A stretch of 32,865 nt of DNA from Octopus bimaculoides (lineage: Eukaryota). Positions 1 through 11,414 of the stretch are shown here, piece after piece. The stretch is taken from positions 36,454,897-36,487,761 of the forward strand of contig NC_068993.1 in assembly GCF_001194135.2 (NCBI RefSeq), given 5' to 3'. The notes under the pieces are model-generated. The model made no database searches, was not told the origin of the DNA, and worked only from the letters and a program-made list of their open reading frames with translations. Both the position numbers and the translations under genes were made by a program. Numbering within the stretch: the stretch's first letter is position 1; each line of letters opens with the position of its first letter.

Positions 1-395
1 CATTGGGTATGACTCCTTCGTGTATCACCTGGTTCGTAATACGGGTGACTAGGCTATAGCCAACACTGCCAGATATTTAGAGCATCTCTGCAGTGATTCC
101 TGATGGGCCGGGGGCTTTCCCGGTCTTCATACTATTAATTGCTTTATCTACCCTGGTACTATCAACTCGGATAGCTGGTCCCTCCATTGGGTCGACATAC
201 GGCAGGCTCTCTTTCTCCCATTCATTCTCTTTATTAAGCAATCTATCGTAGTGGCATCTCCAGACCTCTTTCTTTGCATCCTCATTTAATGCAAGCGTAC
301 CATCATCCATGCGAACACATTTCTCTCCTACAACATCACTATTCTCTCTCCTACACTGTCTTGCAACACGAAATACCTCGAGTCTTTGGTCAGAT
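1..395 (-). mobile_element. RTE-type LINE ORF2 remnant (region between endonuclease and RT domains), runs off the left edge
   Basis: The minus frame reads DQRLEVFRVARQCRRENSDVVGEKCVRMDDG...KAINSMKTGKAPGPSGITAEML*ISGSVGYSLVTRITNQVIHEGVIPN. KAPGPxGI is the motif just upstream of non-LTR RT domains. The single in-frame TAA at 77-79 looks like a point nonsense change because homology continues in the same frame. Confidence 0.88.
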
Positions 396-1390
396 TAATT
401 ATTTCATATTAGTTACTATTAACGAGCTAACTAGGACACTGCAACCCTGTCGTTTGATATGCTAGATGTAGCAGACAAATCACCTTCACATTACAGCTTA
501 CTTTCTAAAATGGAGGATATGCTGGACAAAAAGATGAACAACAGCAACTTCGAACAAAATCAGTATGGAAAATGAAAACAAGATCAGTTATTGGAATCTG
601 TGTAGTTGATGAAGTGGCTAGAAATAGGAGCTAAATCTTTCTCAAATGACACCTTAGTCCTTAGAAAAGCCACATTGGATAATAGCGACTTGTATGCAAT
701 GTGCCTGGAAAATGACAGGATGGTCACGGCTGGAACGTTTTTGCTCATGATTCTGATCGATCAGAGCAACCTAGGGCTAAATGACAATAACAAAAGTGTT
801 AAACTGTTATCACAAAGTTTTCGTCACCAGAACAAAGATTGCGTTAATAAAGAAACTGATATAGTAAAGACTAAAGGGACGTAACTGCTAATTTACAGAC
901 TGAACCGAGACATCGAATATATTGAATGAATGAATTTAGTTTGAAATGGGAACGAAGACTGGAGAGAAAACTAATTATTGGAGAGTGGGCTGTAACATAG
1001 CTAAATTAGTTACGGAGAAGGTTTCAGGTAAAACACTTCGCTCTCTTTTAAACAATGGGAAAAAATGCAATGTCCTCCAAAACGAAGAGAACGCGTCAGT
1101 GTTCAAGCAATCAGTTTGTATGTAGACGAAATGTATTGTAGAAGTGGCAATAACTCTAACAGGAGTTTGCAATGACCAATATATAGACAGAAGCTAAAAG
1201 TGAGATAAAGTTAAAAGAAAACGTCTCTTTTACTAGTTATTTTTCTATGTACCAAGCATGAACTTTTGAATTTCATTGCTGTCTTTAGTTTACATTATTG
1301 CCGCTTTCTATCTTCGCTTTTACACTTTTTCAGAAGAGTTGTGCACCTGAGCCTGTATGCAATAAGTTCATTATTATTGTAAAGCTATTG

Positions 1391-1558
1391 AAGGCAGCGA
1401 ATTGGCAGAATTGTTAGCACACCAAACAAAATACTTAGCAGCGTTTCGTCCATCTTTATGATCTGAGTTCAAATTCTGCTGAGGTCGACTTTGCTTTTCA
1501 TTCTTTCAGGGACGGTAAAATAAGTATCAGTCAAGAACTAGGGTCGGTGTAATGGACT
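1391..1558 (+). mobile_element. SINE family A copy (tRNA-like head)
   Basis: Similar to copies at 2251, 19055, 27650 and 29692: GGCAGAATxGTTAGCAC head, GAGTTCAAATTC B-box-like motif, GTCGACTTTGC-TTTCAT-CTTTC-GGG core. Confidence 0.75.
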
Positions 1559-1751
1559 TCCAATCAAAAAACTGCTGGCTCTGTGCCAAAATTTGAAACC
1601 ATTATAAAACTATTACATGCTATATCAGCAGCGATGTTTTCTTGAGATAAAATCCTTAAGTCTCAAGAATCTTTCTTGGAATTTTTGCAGCATACAGGAT
1701 TGCGCTTTTCTGCAGGCCAACAATATGTCTCAATTTCAATATCCTTTAGCC

Positions 1752-1900
1752 TTGATGGGATGGTTGGTGCTAAGAAGGGCATTCAGTCATAAAAAAACCA
1801 TACCAAAACAGACAGTGAAGCTTGATGCAGTCTTCTGCCTAGCCAGCTCCTGTCAAACCGTCCAACCCATCCCAGCATGGAAAACGGACGTTAAATGATA
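1752..1900 (+). mobile_element. Degenerate 3' part of SINE family C / RTE tail
   Basis: Ends in CCTGTCAAACCGTCCAACCCATCCCAGCATGGAAAACGGACGTTAAATGAT, shared with copies ending at 11836, 17399 and 32219. Confidence 0.7.
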
Positions 1901-2250
1901 ATTATTATTAAGGCAGAGGTATTGTTTTCAGTCGCGTTTGTTTGTTTGTTCGTCCGTGGGCAAGATATCTGAACAGTTGGATGGATTCAGATGAAACTTT
2001 CAGAGATGTTTGGCCTCGTGACTGGCACGAACTGATTAGATTTTGGGATCGATGCGGTACCGGGTTAGGGTTTTTGAGCACAGTCGGGTTCATTTTTAGT
2101 ATTCCCGTTTATGAGAGCAGTGAAGTTTATTTCAGATATTCTCATTTTAAAAATCATCTCCGGCTAATCGTTGAGAGGTCGTTGGTGTTGCCTTGTCAGA
2201 AGTTTGCGCTCTCTGAGTGCTCTTATTATTATTATCATTATTATTATTTT

Positions 2251-2547
2251 AGGCGAGCTGGCAGAATCGTTAGCACGCCGGGCGAAATGCTTAGTGGTAT
2301 TTCGACCGTCGCTACGTTCTGAGTTCAAATTCTGTCGAGGTCGACTTTACCTTTCATCCTTTCGGGGTCGATAAATTAAGTACGGGGTGAGTACTGGCGT
2401 CGATGCGATCGCATGTCCCCCTCCCCACAAAATCCAGACCGTGTGTCTATAGTAGAAAGGATTATTATTTTAGGCGAGCTGAGAGAATCGTTAGCGCGCA
2501 GGACGAAATGCATAGCGGTATTTCGCCCGTCGCTACATTCTGAGTTC
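2251..2547 (+). mobile_element. Head-to-tail pair of SINE family A (full copy 2251-2470, 5' fragment 2472-2547)
   Basis: AGGCGAGCTGGCAGAATCGTTAGC occurs at 2251 and AGGCGAGCTGAGAGAATCGTTAGC at 2472. Each is preceded by an (ATT)n-like tract. Confidence 0.8.
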
Positions 2548-3066
2548 TCTTATTATCGCTCTGTACCCATTTAATGCTTCGTTCAGCAGTATACGTATAT
2601 TGGGTTCTGCACCAGATTATTAGTATCGCAACGCCTGAGTGAAATATTAAAAACATATTTATATATATTACCCCTTGTGTATGTGTGGAGAAAAACTAAA
2701 GTACATCATCATGATGAAATACATATATTTGACAACCCTGTACATTTTCAACAATAAAGCTACTTGTAACGCATTCATTCATACACACCAGCAAGTGTTG
2801 GAAGGATGAAAATAAAAATAACTGAAGCGGAAAAATTATTGAAATTCCACTGAAATGTAATGACTGAAAGTATTTTACTGGTTTACTTAAGTAGCTCCTT
2901 AATTAAAGGTCATTATTGCCATGGGACATTAAATTTAAGACAAATATAGCTTATAGCATAGAGGTATTCTGTTGTTTGGCAAAGGTGGAAGTGGTAACTA
3001 GAATGTAAATAAAACGTGTTGGAATTATATGAAACATGTAAAAATTGTATAAAATATGTATAATGA

Positions 3067-3138
3067 GGCGGAGGTAAGGAATACGCACACCACCCAAAAC
3101 GCCGAAAATAGGTGGTGTGTGTATTCTTTACCTTCGCC
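3067..3138 (+). other. Inverted repeat: 28-bp stem with three G.U pairs and a 16-nt loop
   Basis: 3067-3094 pairs base by base with 3111-3138. The only non-Watson-Crick pairs are G3071.T3134, G3078.T3127 and G3085.T3120. Confidence 0.85.
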
Positions 3139-3367
3139 ATATAATTACACGCAATGACATAACTTGAGGGTACGCCCTGATACACATCTTCACCACTATC
3201 TCTTTTTCATCCCCCAAAAACAGGGTAGCATGTATCTCCTCTATAGCAAGACACATGTTTCTGTCCCTCTACCATACTTTAACCTTTCATCACCTAGCAC
3301 AAAGCCACAAAAAGAAATTATACAAAACAAACAGAACTGTTATAAAGCAATTATAACATGTGCAGAA

Positions 3368-3442
3368 ATTATATAAAACGTGTAAAAATTACATAAAAAC
3401 TGAGAATATTATATAAAACGTGTAAAAATTACATAAAAACTG
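3368..3442. repeat. Tandem repeat: two exact 35-bp copies, period 40
   Basis: ATTATATAAAACGTGTAAAAATTACATAAAAACTG at 3368-3402 and 3408-3442. Related degenerate units occur near 3010-3060. Confidence 0.9.
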
Positions 3443-4489
3443 TGAATTGATAAATGTTGAATTATAAACTAAGTTGGAAATTCTCACTAATATTACGTTT
3501 TGTGAATAGGTTCAAAGAATTTTTAAACGGAATTCAGTTTGGAAGCAAGTACGTGAATGTTGTCACGTTATTGGTTAGTCTCTGGTCATCCTAATTAAGG
3601 GTAACCAAATCTGATTCCAACTGTAACCATCCCGTGTTTTGTTTTTGTTTTTTTTTTTGTTTGTTTTTTCATGTTTAAACAGAAACTACGTTGCCAAGTG
3701 TAATTGAGGAAGATTTGGCTGTTATTATTTCGAGCAGGCTGGGCGATCGTGTCACCAAGTGTTTTTTGAGTGAAGCAAATTAGGTTAAACATGTTTAAAA
3801 CCTTTGTGTTCGTTATGAGTAATTACTAATTTATATACAACTAAAGAAGATTATCACCCTGCTTATTGCAAAGAAAAGTGGACGAGGGGTAAGAACGGAT
3901 GAAACTAATGTGAGAAGTATGGTAAAATCTTGGATGGTCTAAAAGAGTGCTCTACTAAATGTTTATATGTAAGCTGCCTACTAACAACAAATTTTGCTAA
4001 CAAGGCAAAACATGACAGAACAAACGAAAGCTACAAGCTTTATAATTTTAAATGGCTGTTGATAATTATAAAACATTAAACCGAATCTCGTGTTGTTTTT
4101 TTTTTATTTTATTAGTAGTAATAATATTAGTAGTAACAACAGTGGTAGTAGTAGCATTTATTATTTATTCATTTACCTGAACTGGTGACCGGCGAAGAAT
4201 TGGGAACAACACCAAAAATGAATAGCGAGACAAAACACAAACAGATTTATTATCTCCCTTGATTACCCATGCTTTCAACTTTCTGTCGCTACGTGTCGCA
4301 TAGCCTTCAGGAGTAAATAACTCTTGATGTTTGCTTAACATTATTAAACAAGTGTTGAACAAAATTTAATGCAAATAAAGGACATTTCAATTTCTAACTA
4401 GACCAATGTTTGAAAATCTGTCACTTGCTACACAATAAAAATGATTAAATTATCTACTCTAAGAAATAAAATTAGATTTGTCTTTCTCC

Positions 4490-4951
4490 CAGCTTATACA
4501 AGCGTAGTCCATCTGCTACAATTTTCTCTGCTTTCAAGCCCAACATGTCTTAGTGCGTTTGGTGTTGTTCTGGAATGTCCAACGTCAAGTGTTTTGGGAA
4601 AGCTGGCTTTTTTCCTAATGTCATTCTTCTGCTATCTACGTCATTACAGTCTTTGGTTGGAGTAGGGGAGCGAAATCTGCGTATGACTTCGAGGATATTC
4701 TGTAGGAATCGTCGGTGAAATGAGTCCAGATTCTTTTCTTTGCCGTTTTTGTTACAATGTCTGAAAATGGGACGGGGTGATCCTGACTGGAACATTTTTA
4801 GCTCTAGGTCTTTTTGGTGAAGGCTGACTCGGAGCGAAACGGCAGCACCGTGAATCCTTATAACTTTAAATCTGTTGTTTAGCGCCAGATCAATCCTGAG
4901 AGAGAAGTAATGATTAATGCAGGTCTTTGGGGTGAGGATTGAACGCAACAT
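4490..4951 (-). pseudogene. Heavily decayed RTE-like LINE ORF2 C-terminal remnant
   Basis: The minus ORF 4550-4951 contains EKNLDSFHRRFLQNILEV, resembling the post-RT RTE motif L(D/E)xFHxRxLRxILxI. The surrounding sequence is frameshifted. Confidence 0.55.
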
Positions 4952-5645
4952 GGGTAATGAGAGAATAGGGAAGTGGATCGGGAGAACTTGAGTGAGGTCG
5001 TACGAGTGGATGCCATTATAGTAGCCGTAAAATAAGATAGCAAGAGGACACAGGACGTGTGTGAATGATTTATGCTAATCTATCGAATGATTACAATGAT
5101 TTTTTTTTTCGGATTGGGTGGTGAATGTTTTGTTCTCTGATTGTAAATGAGGTTTAGTACGAAATATGTTCGTGCCGAGCCGAAACCCATGCCCATTGCT
5201 AAGTGGAGCACTGGACGGCATCTCACCACCCCATCATTATTCAATGGTGCACCCTCAGATTTAGAAAAAAACAGATTACAAAAGTTAGTGTCCAGCTAGA
5301 AGATTCTGAAGCACCTCCCAGGCACCAAAGTCTGACGACGGGCCTGCCTAACATACACTGTTCCCTTTCCAGACGTTTGTACATTACTGCATATGCTTTA
5401 TACGCACTTTTGACAAGTTGTAGTGCACCTGAGCACTGTATAGAATAATTTCATTATTATTATTATTTAAACCACAACCCGTTATTTCAATTACCATTCA
5501 GTATGTTGAAAAATTTTAAAACATTTTTAAATATATTAAAGCATGTCAATATCTATCCTCTCATATCCATCCCTATCAGAAATACTGAACTTCAAGGTAC
5601 AGAAAAACTTGTTGAGAAATGCTTTGGTTCAAAACTAAGCTATGT

Positions 5646-5793
5646 GCAGTGGAGTGGCTAGAGTGTGTTGCTGCCTGGAATAGCTCTTGAGATTTCCACC
5701 GACCTCGTATACAGGCTTATACGACACAGCCAAAAGTTTCGCCCCCATATTTCCGTCGCTCGCCTGGCACAGAACACCGCATCGCTCCACTGC
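5646..5793. repeat. Short MITE-like element bounded by a 9-bp inverted repeat
   Basis: GCAGTGGAG (5646-5654) and CTCCACTGC (5785-5793), with looser inverted similarity continuing inward. No target-site duplication seen. Confidence 0.4.
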
Positions 5794-6243
5794 TCATAAA
5801 ATAAAGATCTATTTATTTACAAAGAAGGATGTTCTATTATAATTCCATTTACATATAGAACGCATTATAGCAGTCGACTTCTGTACTTCACTGGTACATT
5901 ATTTTAATGACCCCGGAAGGCTGAAAGACAGAGTTGTCATTGATGGCATTTGAACTCAGGCTAAGTACAGTTGGCTAATACACAGGAGTAGGTATGGCTT
6001 CGTAACATGTGCCAAGTTTTCGCTAGTTATTTGAGATACCTATGTAGTTGCGAGTAGACATTGCCTTTTGATGATCCTCCTACTCTTGACTCGGCAGAAT
6101 ATCAAGCATCTGGCCAATACTCAGCTGGTACTCATTTGCAACTAATTAAACTGGAGTAATTTGGAATTAGTGCATTACTCAAGGATACAAGGTACCGTGC
6201 AGTCTAAACACAACTTTAGGATGGTGAGTTACATACCTTAAGC

Positions 6244-7410
6244 CAGGGGTGGGCAACCCCTGGCACGCTTGCCAAACCTGGCACGCCAATAAGTGTTCAT
6301 AAGAACTTAGCAATAAAACTGAAGAGGAAGAAAGAGAATTAATTTCTCTTGAACTCGGCGAAACCAAAGAAAAAAAAACAGGTTAATACTTTTATAACCT
6401 TTATCTCGGGCAAGTCCAGTTCCAACTTAGTTACTGCTAGTTTTGAGGTTTCAAAAGTTATTGCCCAACATGGAAAGCCACTCAGTGATGGGGAATATAT
6501 TAAAGAAGCTTGGCTAGAGTATGCACCTTTCCTTTTTGACAATTTTTCAGAAAAGGAAAAGATTATTCAACACATTAAAGAATTGTCTGTGAGTAGGAAA
6601 ACAGTTAAGGCTAGAATACTTAAATTGGAGAAGAATGCTTCTAAACAATTGACAAAAGATTTGTCTTCATGTACGTTTTTTTTTTTTTTCTATTTGTATT
6701 GATGAAAGTACGGGCATTACATCATCAGCTAGGTTAGCCATTTTGTCTCGATTTTGTGAAGATATGGTTGCCCTTCTAACACTGCCTGAGCGTACTACTG
6801 GGGCTGAAATCTGTAAAGCAGCTGTGAACGAATTTTATTCTTGACAAATTGACATTTCAAAAGTAGTATCCGTCACAACAGATTATGCCTCCAGCATGAC
6901 CGGTAAGAAGGCAAAATTTGTAAATCTATTTGAAAGAGAAGTTGGTCATACACTGATAGGCTTTCATTGCATTATACATGAGGATGTTTTATGTGCAAAA
7001 GCTGGCCTGAAGGAACTTCAGGAAGTGCTGCAGACTGTTACCAAGGTTGTTAACTACATTTCTGCTCAGGCTTTAAATAAGAGACAATTTCAAGTTTTAC
7101 TGAATGGGGTAGAATCTGTGTAAGGACTGTGTATAATGGACTGAAAATGTACAACAATGTTCGATGGCTTAGCCGAGGTTTTGTTCTGAAACGATTTGTT
7201 GAATGCTTAAATGAGATAAAGCTCTTTTTGAATGACCAACATGTTATCAAGAATTGTTTGACATATCGGTTTGCAGACTGATTTTTTTTTGCTCATTTTT
7301 GTGAACATTTAAATGATTTGAATGTTAAATTACAGGGCTCTAGTAAAACTCTTGATGTTATGTTTGGTTACATAAAGGCTTTTGAAATGAAACTAGAAGT
7401 TTTTTAAATG
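6244..7410 (+). mobile_element. Decayed hAT (Charlie/SPIN, GTF2IRD2/ZBED5-like) DNA transposon with transposase pseudogene; left TIR only
   Basis: CAGGGGTGGGCAAC terminus at 6244. Joined frames give ASFEVSKVIAQHGKPLSDGEYIKE, then FSICIDEST (first catalytic Asp, after a poly-T frameshift near 6676-6689), VTTD, FHCIIH (CxxH), NNVRWLSRG and HLNDLNVKLQG. It has a frameshift and stops, and no 3' catalytic Glu region or right TIR was found. Confidence 0.9.
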
Positions 7411-8477
7411 GATGTGAACAATGAGAGTGTAGCGTACGCTTGAGGGAAATTCCTCTCTCTGTCTTGTAATATATGTAGATATAGCCCCTGGCAACCTACT
7501 ATTGTAATCATTGTAATGTTTATGAATAAACAAATGTTTTCTTGAAAAACTTCAAATGGTCTTGGTTTTCATATGGGTAACAACACGCATCCTAAACCAG
7601 CGTAACCAAAATATCAGTAACCTATCTTATCAGTTCTAAACCAGCTTTCTTCCAAAAGGCATAGTGTATCAACGTGTACATTGTCTAATGTGTCATTTTA
7701 AAGACGATATAGTGCGGTTCGAGAGAAATGTGACTATTATTTCTAACAGGTGAAGTGACAACATAGAGGCATTCAAGTGTTGTTGTGTAAGAGAAATATA
7801 CAGCTCCAAGTGACAAACAGCTTGTTCTACAATTTTGTCTCGATAGCGATGTAAGTTCATTTTTATCCCAGCTTGCACTATAGACCCTATATCAATTAAT
7901 TATAACCCTTTGTTATCAAAATCCAACTACTGCAAAGACTAAACATCTGAATTAGATAAGTTTACATCGGTGGTTCTTAACTTAATGAGGCTCTTGTGAG
8001 AGTTGTAAACTTGCAGAGGGGCAGAAAAGGCCTCGCGGTTGTTACTATGGGATGAGGAAGGCGCTGGGTGTTTAGAGCGGTCGGGATTTTTCATGGAAAT
8101 AAAGTATTTGAATTAGGTTCAATATTTATATTTATGACACATTTCCTTTCAAAAATTACAGATCAAAAAATGAGTAGATAGAGACTGTGCTATCAGTGAA
8201 CAAAAATATTGTACCAAGGTCCAATATAATTTCTTCGCCGTCTTTAGTAATTACCAAAAGCACTGGGCCACGCAAATATCTTAACAGTCGACCTCTTCTG
8301 TCTGTATGTATGTATGTGAGCTTATTGATTTAACTAAAGGAAAATTACGATTGGCCTCTCAAGTAATAAACTACAGTCACATCATATATTAAAAATGATG
8401 ATATTGGTGGTAGTGGTGAAAAAAAGGAAGAGCAGTTTGGTGATAAGTGTGATAATGATTATGACGGCAACTGTAAT

Positions 8478-8686
8478 GTCACATGCTACGGTAATCATTA
8501 CACAAGGGAATGACCTTTCGCGCTACACCGGTATAGCTCGTGTTTGTAAGCAAACCTCGTTTGTCACATGACTTAATTGAAAGTAAAATATCGATAATAG
8601 ATCTTTGTTTGAGTTGTGGTCGAACTTCCGATTATATTTACTCCCTACGTCTTTCCGAGAAAGGAAATTATTTCTGAGAAGTAAGT
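8478..8686 (+). promoter_or_regulatory. Candidate promoter and non-coding first exon of the TMEM144-like gene
   Basis: GTCACATG at 8478 and GTCACATGAC at 8563-8572 (M-box/CLEAR-like E-box), TATCGATA at 8589-8596 (DRE), ACTTCCG at 8624-8630 (ETS-like), then a consensus donor GTAAGT at 8681-8686, all in non-repetitive sequence. The link to the gene is inferred from the splice acceptor 28 nt upstream of its ATG. Confidence 0.5.
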
Positions 8687-8944
8687 AATCGTTTAGCTAT
8701 TTTGTTTTATATATTTCGTGTATAGTACGATTGAAATCAGAGGCGTTCCAGCCTTGACCATCCCGTCATCCTTTTTATCTAGGATGACATTATCCATTCT
8801 GACATTTTTAAGGTACTAGGGGAAGAACTGGTTGCTGTTTCGGCTTCAGTTTTATTTCATTTTCAATTATGTTTATGCTTTTTTTTAACCCTTCGTCTCT
8901 ATTCTCATTCACTCGTTATTACTTTCTCTCTATCTCTCTATTTT

Positions 8945-9310
8945 TACTCGTTTACTTGTTTCAGTCTTTTGACTGTGGCCATGCTGGAGCACCGCCTTTA
9001 GTCGAGCAAATCGACACCAGGACTTATTCTTTGTAAGTCTAGTACTTATTCTATCAGTATCTTTTGCCGAACCTCTAAGTTACAGGGACGTAAACACACC
9101 AGCATCGGTTGTCAAGCGATGTCGGGGGTGGGTGGACAAACACACACACACATATATATATATATACGACGAGCTTCTTTCAGTTTCCGTCTACCAAATC
9201 CACTCACAAGGCTTTGTTTGGTCGGCCCGAGGCTACAGTAGAAGACACTTGCTCAAGATGTCACGCAGTGGGACTGAACCCGGAGCCATGTGGTTGGTAA
9301 GCAAGCTACT
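8945..9310 (-). mobile_element. SINE family B, near-complete copy
   Basis: Reverse complement of the copy at 17961-18375, including the internal (TA)/(CA) microsatellite and the GCTCCAGCATGGCC-CAGTC-AA-GACTGAAACAAGTAAA 3' end. Confidence 0.85.
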
Positions 9311-9729
9311 TTATTTCATAAATATTTACCATAAAGGCATTACAACAGCCACTCCTCCTATTTCTATATGTATAAAGATATATATATACATATATATATA
9401 TATATAAATTTATATAACTAAGGATAAGATCGTTATTTAAAATACCGATCTTATCAGGTGGCTAGCATTGGAATAAAAACCTCAAAGGTAATAATTATTA
9501 AAATCATAATTAAGGGTATCCAAGAGATACCACCACGCTAGAAATAGCAGCCAAAATTTGACTCTGAAACAGCATTTAATGTGATATTGGATATTAAATG
9601 TGATAACCCCGTATAAGTTAGTTTTGTTTCGTGCAGTCTGGAATTGGACAAAAATGGGCCCTGGGCTATTCTACTTGTGAGTCCCCTCCCTATTCCTAAC
9701 CATCGTGACTAGAAATGTATAAAATCTTG

Positions 9730-9840
9730 ACCGATAGAATAAGTACTAGGCTTACAAAGAATAATTCCTGGGGTCGATTTGCTCGTCTAAAGGCGGTGCT
9801 CCAGCATGGCCGCAGTCAAATGACTGAAACAAAGAAAGAA
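9730..9840 (+). mobile_element. SINE family B 3' fragment
   Basis: GACCGATAGAATAAGTACTAGGCTTACAAAGAATA...CAGTCAAATGACTGAAACA matches about 18265-18365. Confidence 0.8.
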
Positions 9841-11414
9841 TATTTGTTAAAAATCAAAACAAATTCAAATCCCAATCTTCAGTTTTGACAATCTGACAAC
9901 TCTTTTCTTCTTTCATTCTACCTTTTTAACGATGTGGGATTTTGATGTTGTTGACACTCTTTCTTTCTTTCTTTCCCCTATTTCTTTTCTTTTTTTGCTC
10001 GTTTTTCTGGCATAGTGTCTCTAGGACCACATTATTCAGGTTTCTTAAACCTTTAGCTGGCATGTCATAGGTCAGCAGCTGAAATATTAAAAAAAAAAGC
10101 TCAAAATGGAAAATAACATCGATTCAATTACGAGTTTGCGGTGTGCGGACACACGAAAATACATGCTTCTTTTTCTCTAAATGCCAATTTTTCTTTAAAG
10201 GCGCTCCAGCCGTGACAACCATCTTGTATTCTAAAGAGATTCCAGCCGTGACAATTTTATTTTTAAAAGCTTTCCAATCGTAACTGTCGCGTTCCAAACT
10301 ATCCCTCGTCACAGTTTATTGAATAATGTTGTCCAGGTTAAGCTAGGATGGAATAGTCGTGGGTGAAACGTCTTTTATCATTTGAACGTTGCATCAGAGC
10401 TGACCTGGAGCTAAACAACAGTAATTAGTAATACATTGCGTGGAGTGAGAGGCACAACGAGTAAGATTTACTCAATTTTTAACTTTATGAAAAATATATT
10501 ACTTATAAATGTTCGCTACCTTACAAAACCTATATCAGCTTCTCTAAATGCATTAATAATACTATAACATCTTCAGAACAAGCAAAGTGGCTAGTTCTAA
10601 AATCTCTTATAGAAATGCAAGTACTAACTCTACTGAAAATTGATGTTTGTTGCCACATCACCATGGCTGTTCCGTACGGAACAATGTTACTACTCTTTTT
10701 TAACCTCAGGAGGACACCTCCTCCGGCTGGTTAACAACACAAAACTAGTGTCCTGTATATTGCAAGCAAGGGAACGAACCCCTCCCATCCAGCGGTGACA
10801 AGACCAGTAGACGAGATCTGATTTCAGGGTCTTACCCGTCCTCAGTACTGGACACCTGTCTACTAGACATGGCAGTCATTCGTCCCAGTTCACAATATAT
10901 AAATAAGCCACATTCAGCCACTGATTTTGCAACAAGCAAAGTAGCTTGTTCTAAATGCATGCAGTTACTTTACTGAAAAGTTTGAGCATATAAAAGACAA
11001 ATTTAGCTGGATGAAAATGAGTAAGACAAGATAAGGTAAATTTGCCACTTCAATTCTCCAGAGTTACATTTGAAAATAAAAACTCATACATGTCAGTATC
11101 CACCCTTCAATTTTCAGAAAGATCAGAAATGCAACAAAAATATTAAATATCTAGGTCAAATGAAAGAGGATCATAAAAAGATGACATATGATATGAAAAG
11201 ATGACATAAAAGTAATTCAATGAAATTAAAGTAATTAACTAAATCTTAAAATTCAGTTTAAAATATTCTCTATAGCATCTTCATGGTCTGCTGGAGTGGC
11301 CCTCTTCCTGATACATTTATACACCATGCAGTTAAAGAGAAAAATTATTGAAATTAGTCATTATTTATTTTGCCCCATTTTAGACATCGTTTTGAAAAGT
11401 GAAAATTATCACCT

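Noticed and set aside
606-1172. ORFs 606-884 and 975-1172
   Set aside because: No recognisable domain, no convincing splice context, and partly overlapping a repeat tail.
6349-7250. Possible domesticated GTF2IRD2/ZBED5-like gene
   Set aside because: Frameshift in the poly-T tract, in-frame stops, retained TIR and missing C-terminal catalytic region indicate a dead transposon.
7968-8320. Possible second hAT-type MITE or displaced right end of the 6244 element
   Set aside because: CGGTGGTTCTTAAC resembles a hAT terminus, but no matching inverted end or TSD was found and it does not match the 6244 TIR.
10577-10980. Degenerate direct repeat AACAAGCAAAGT-GCT-GTTCTAAA near 10577 and 10932
   Set aside because: Short and imperfect, too long for a typical TSD, with nothing recognisable between the copies; probably an old local duplication.
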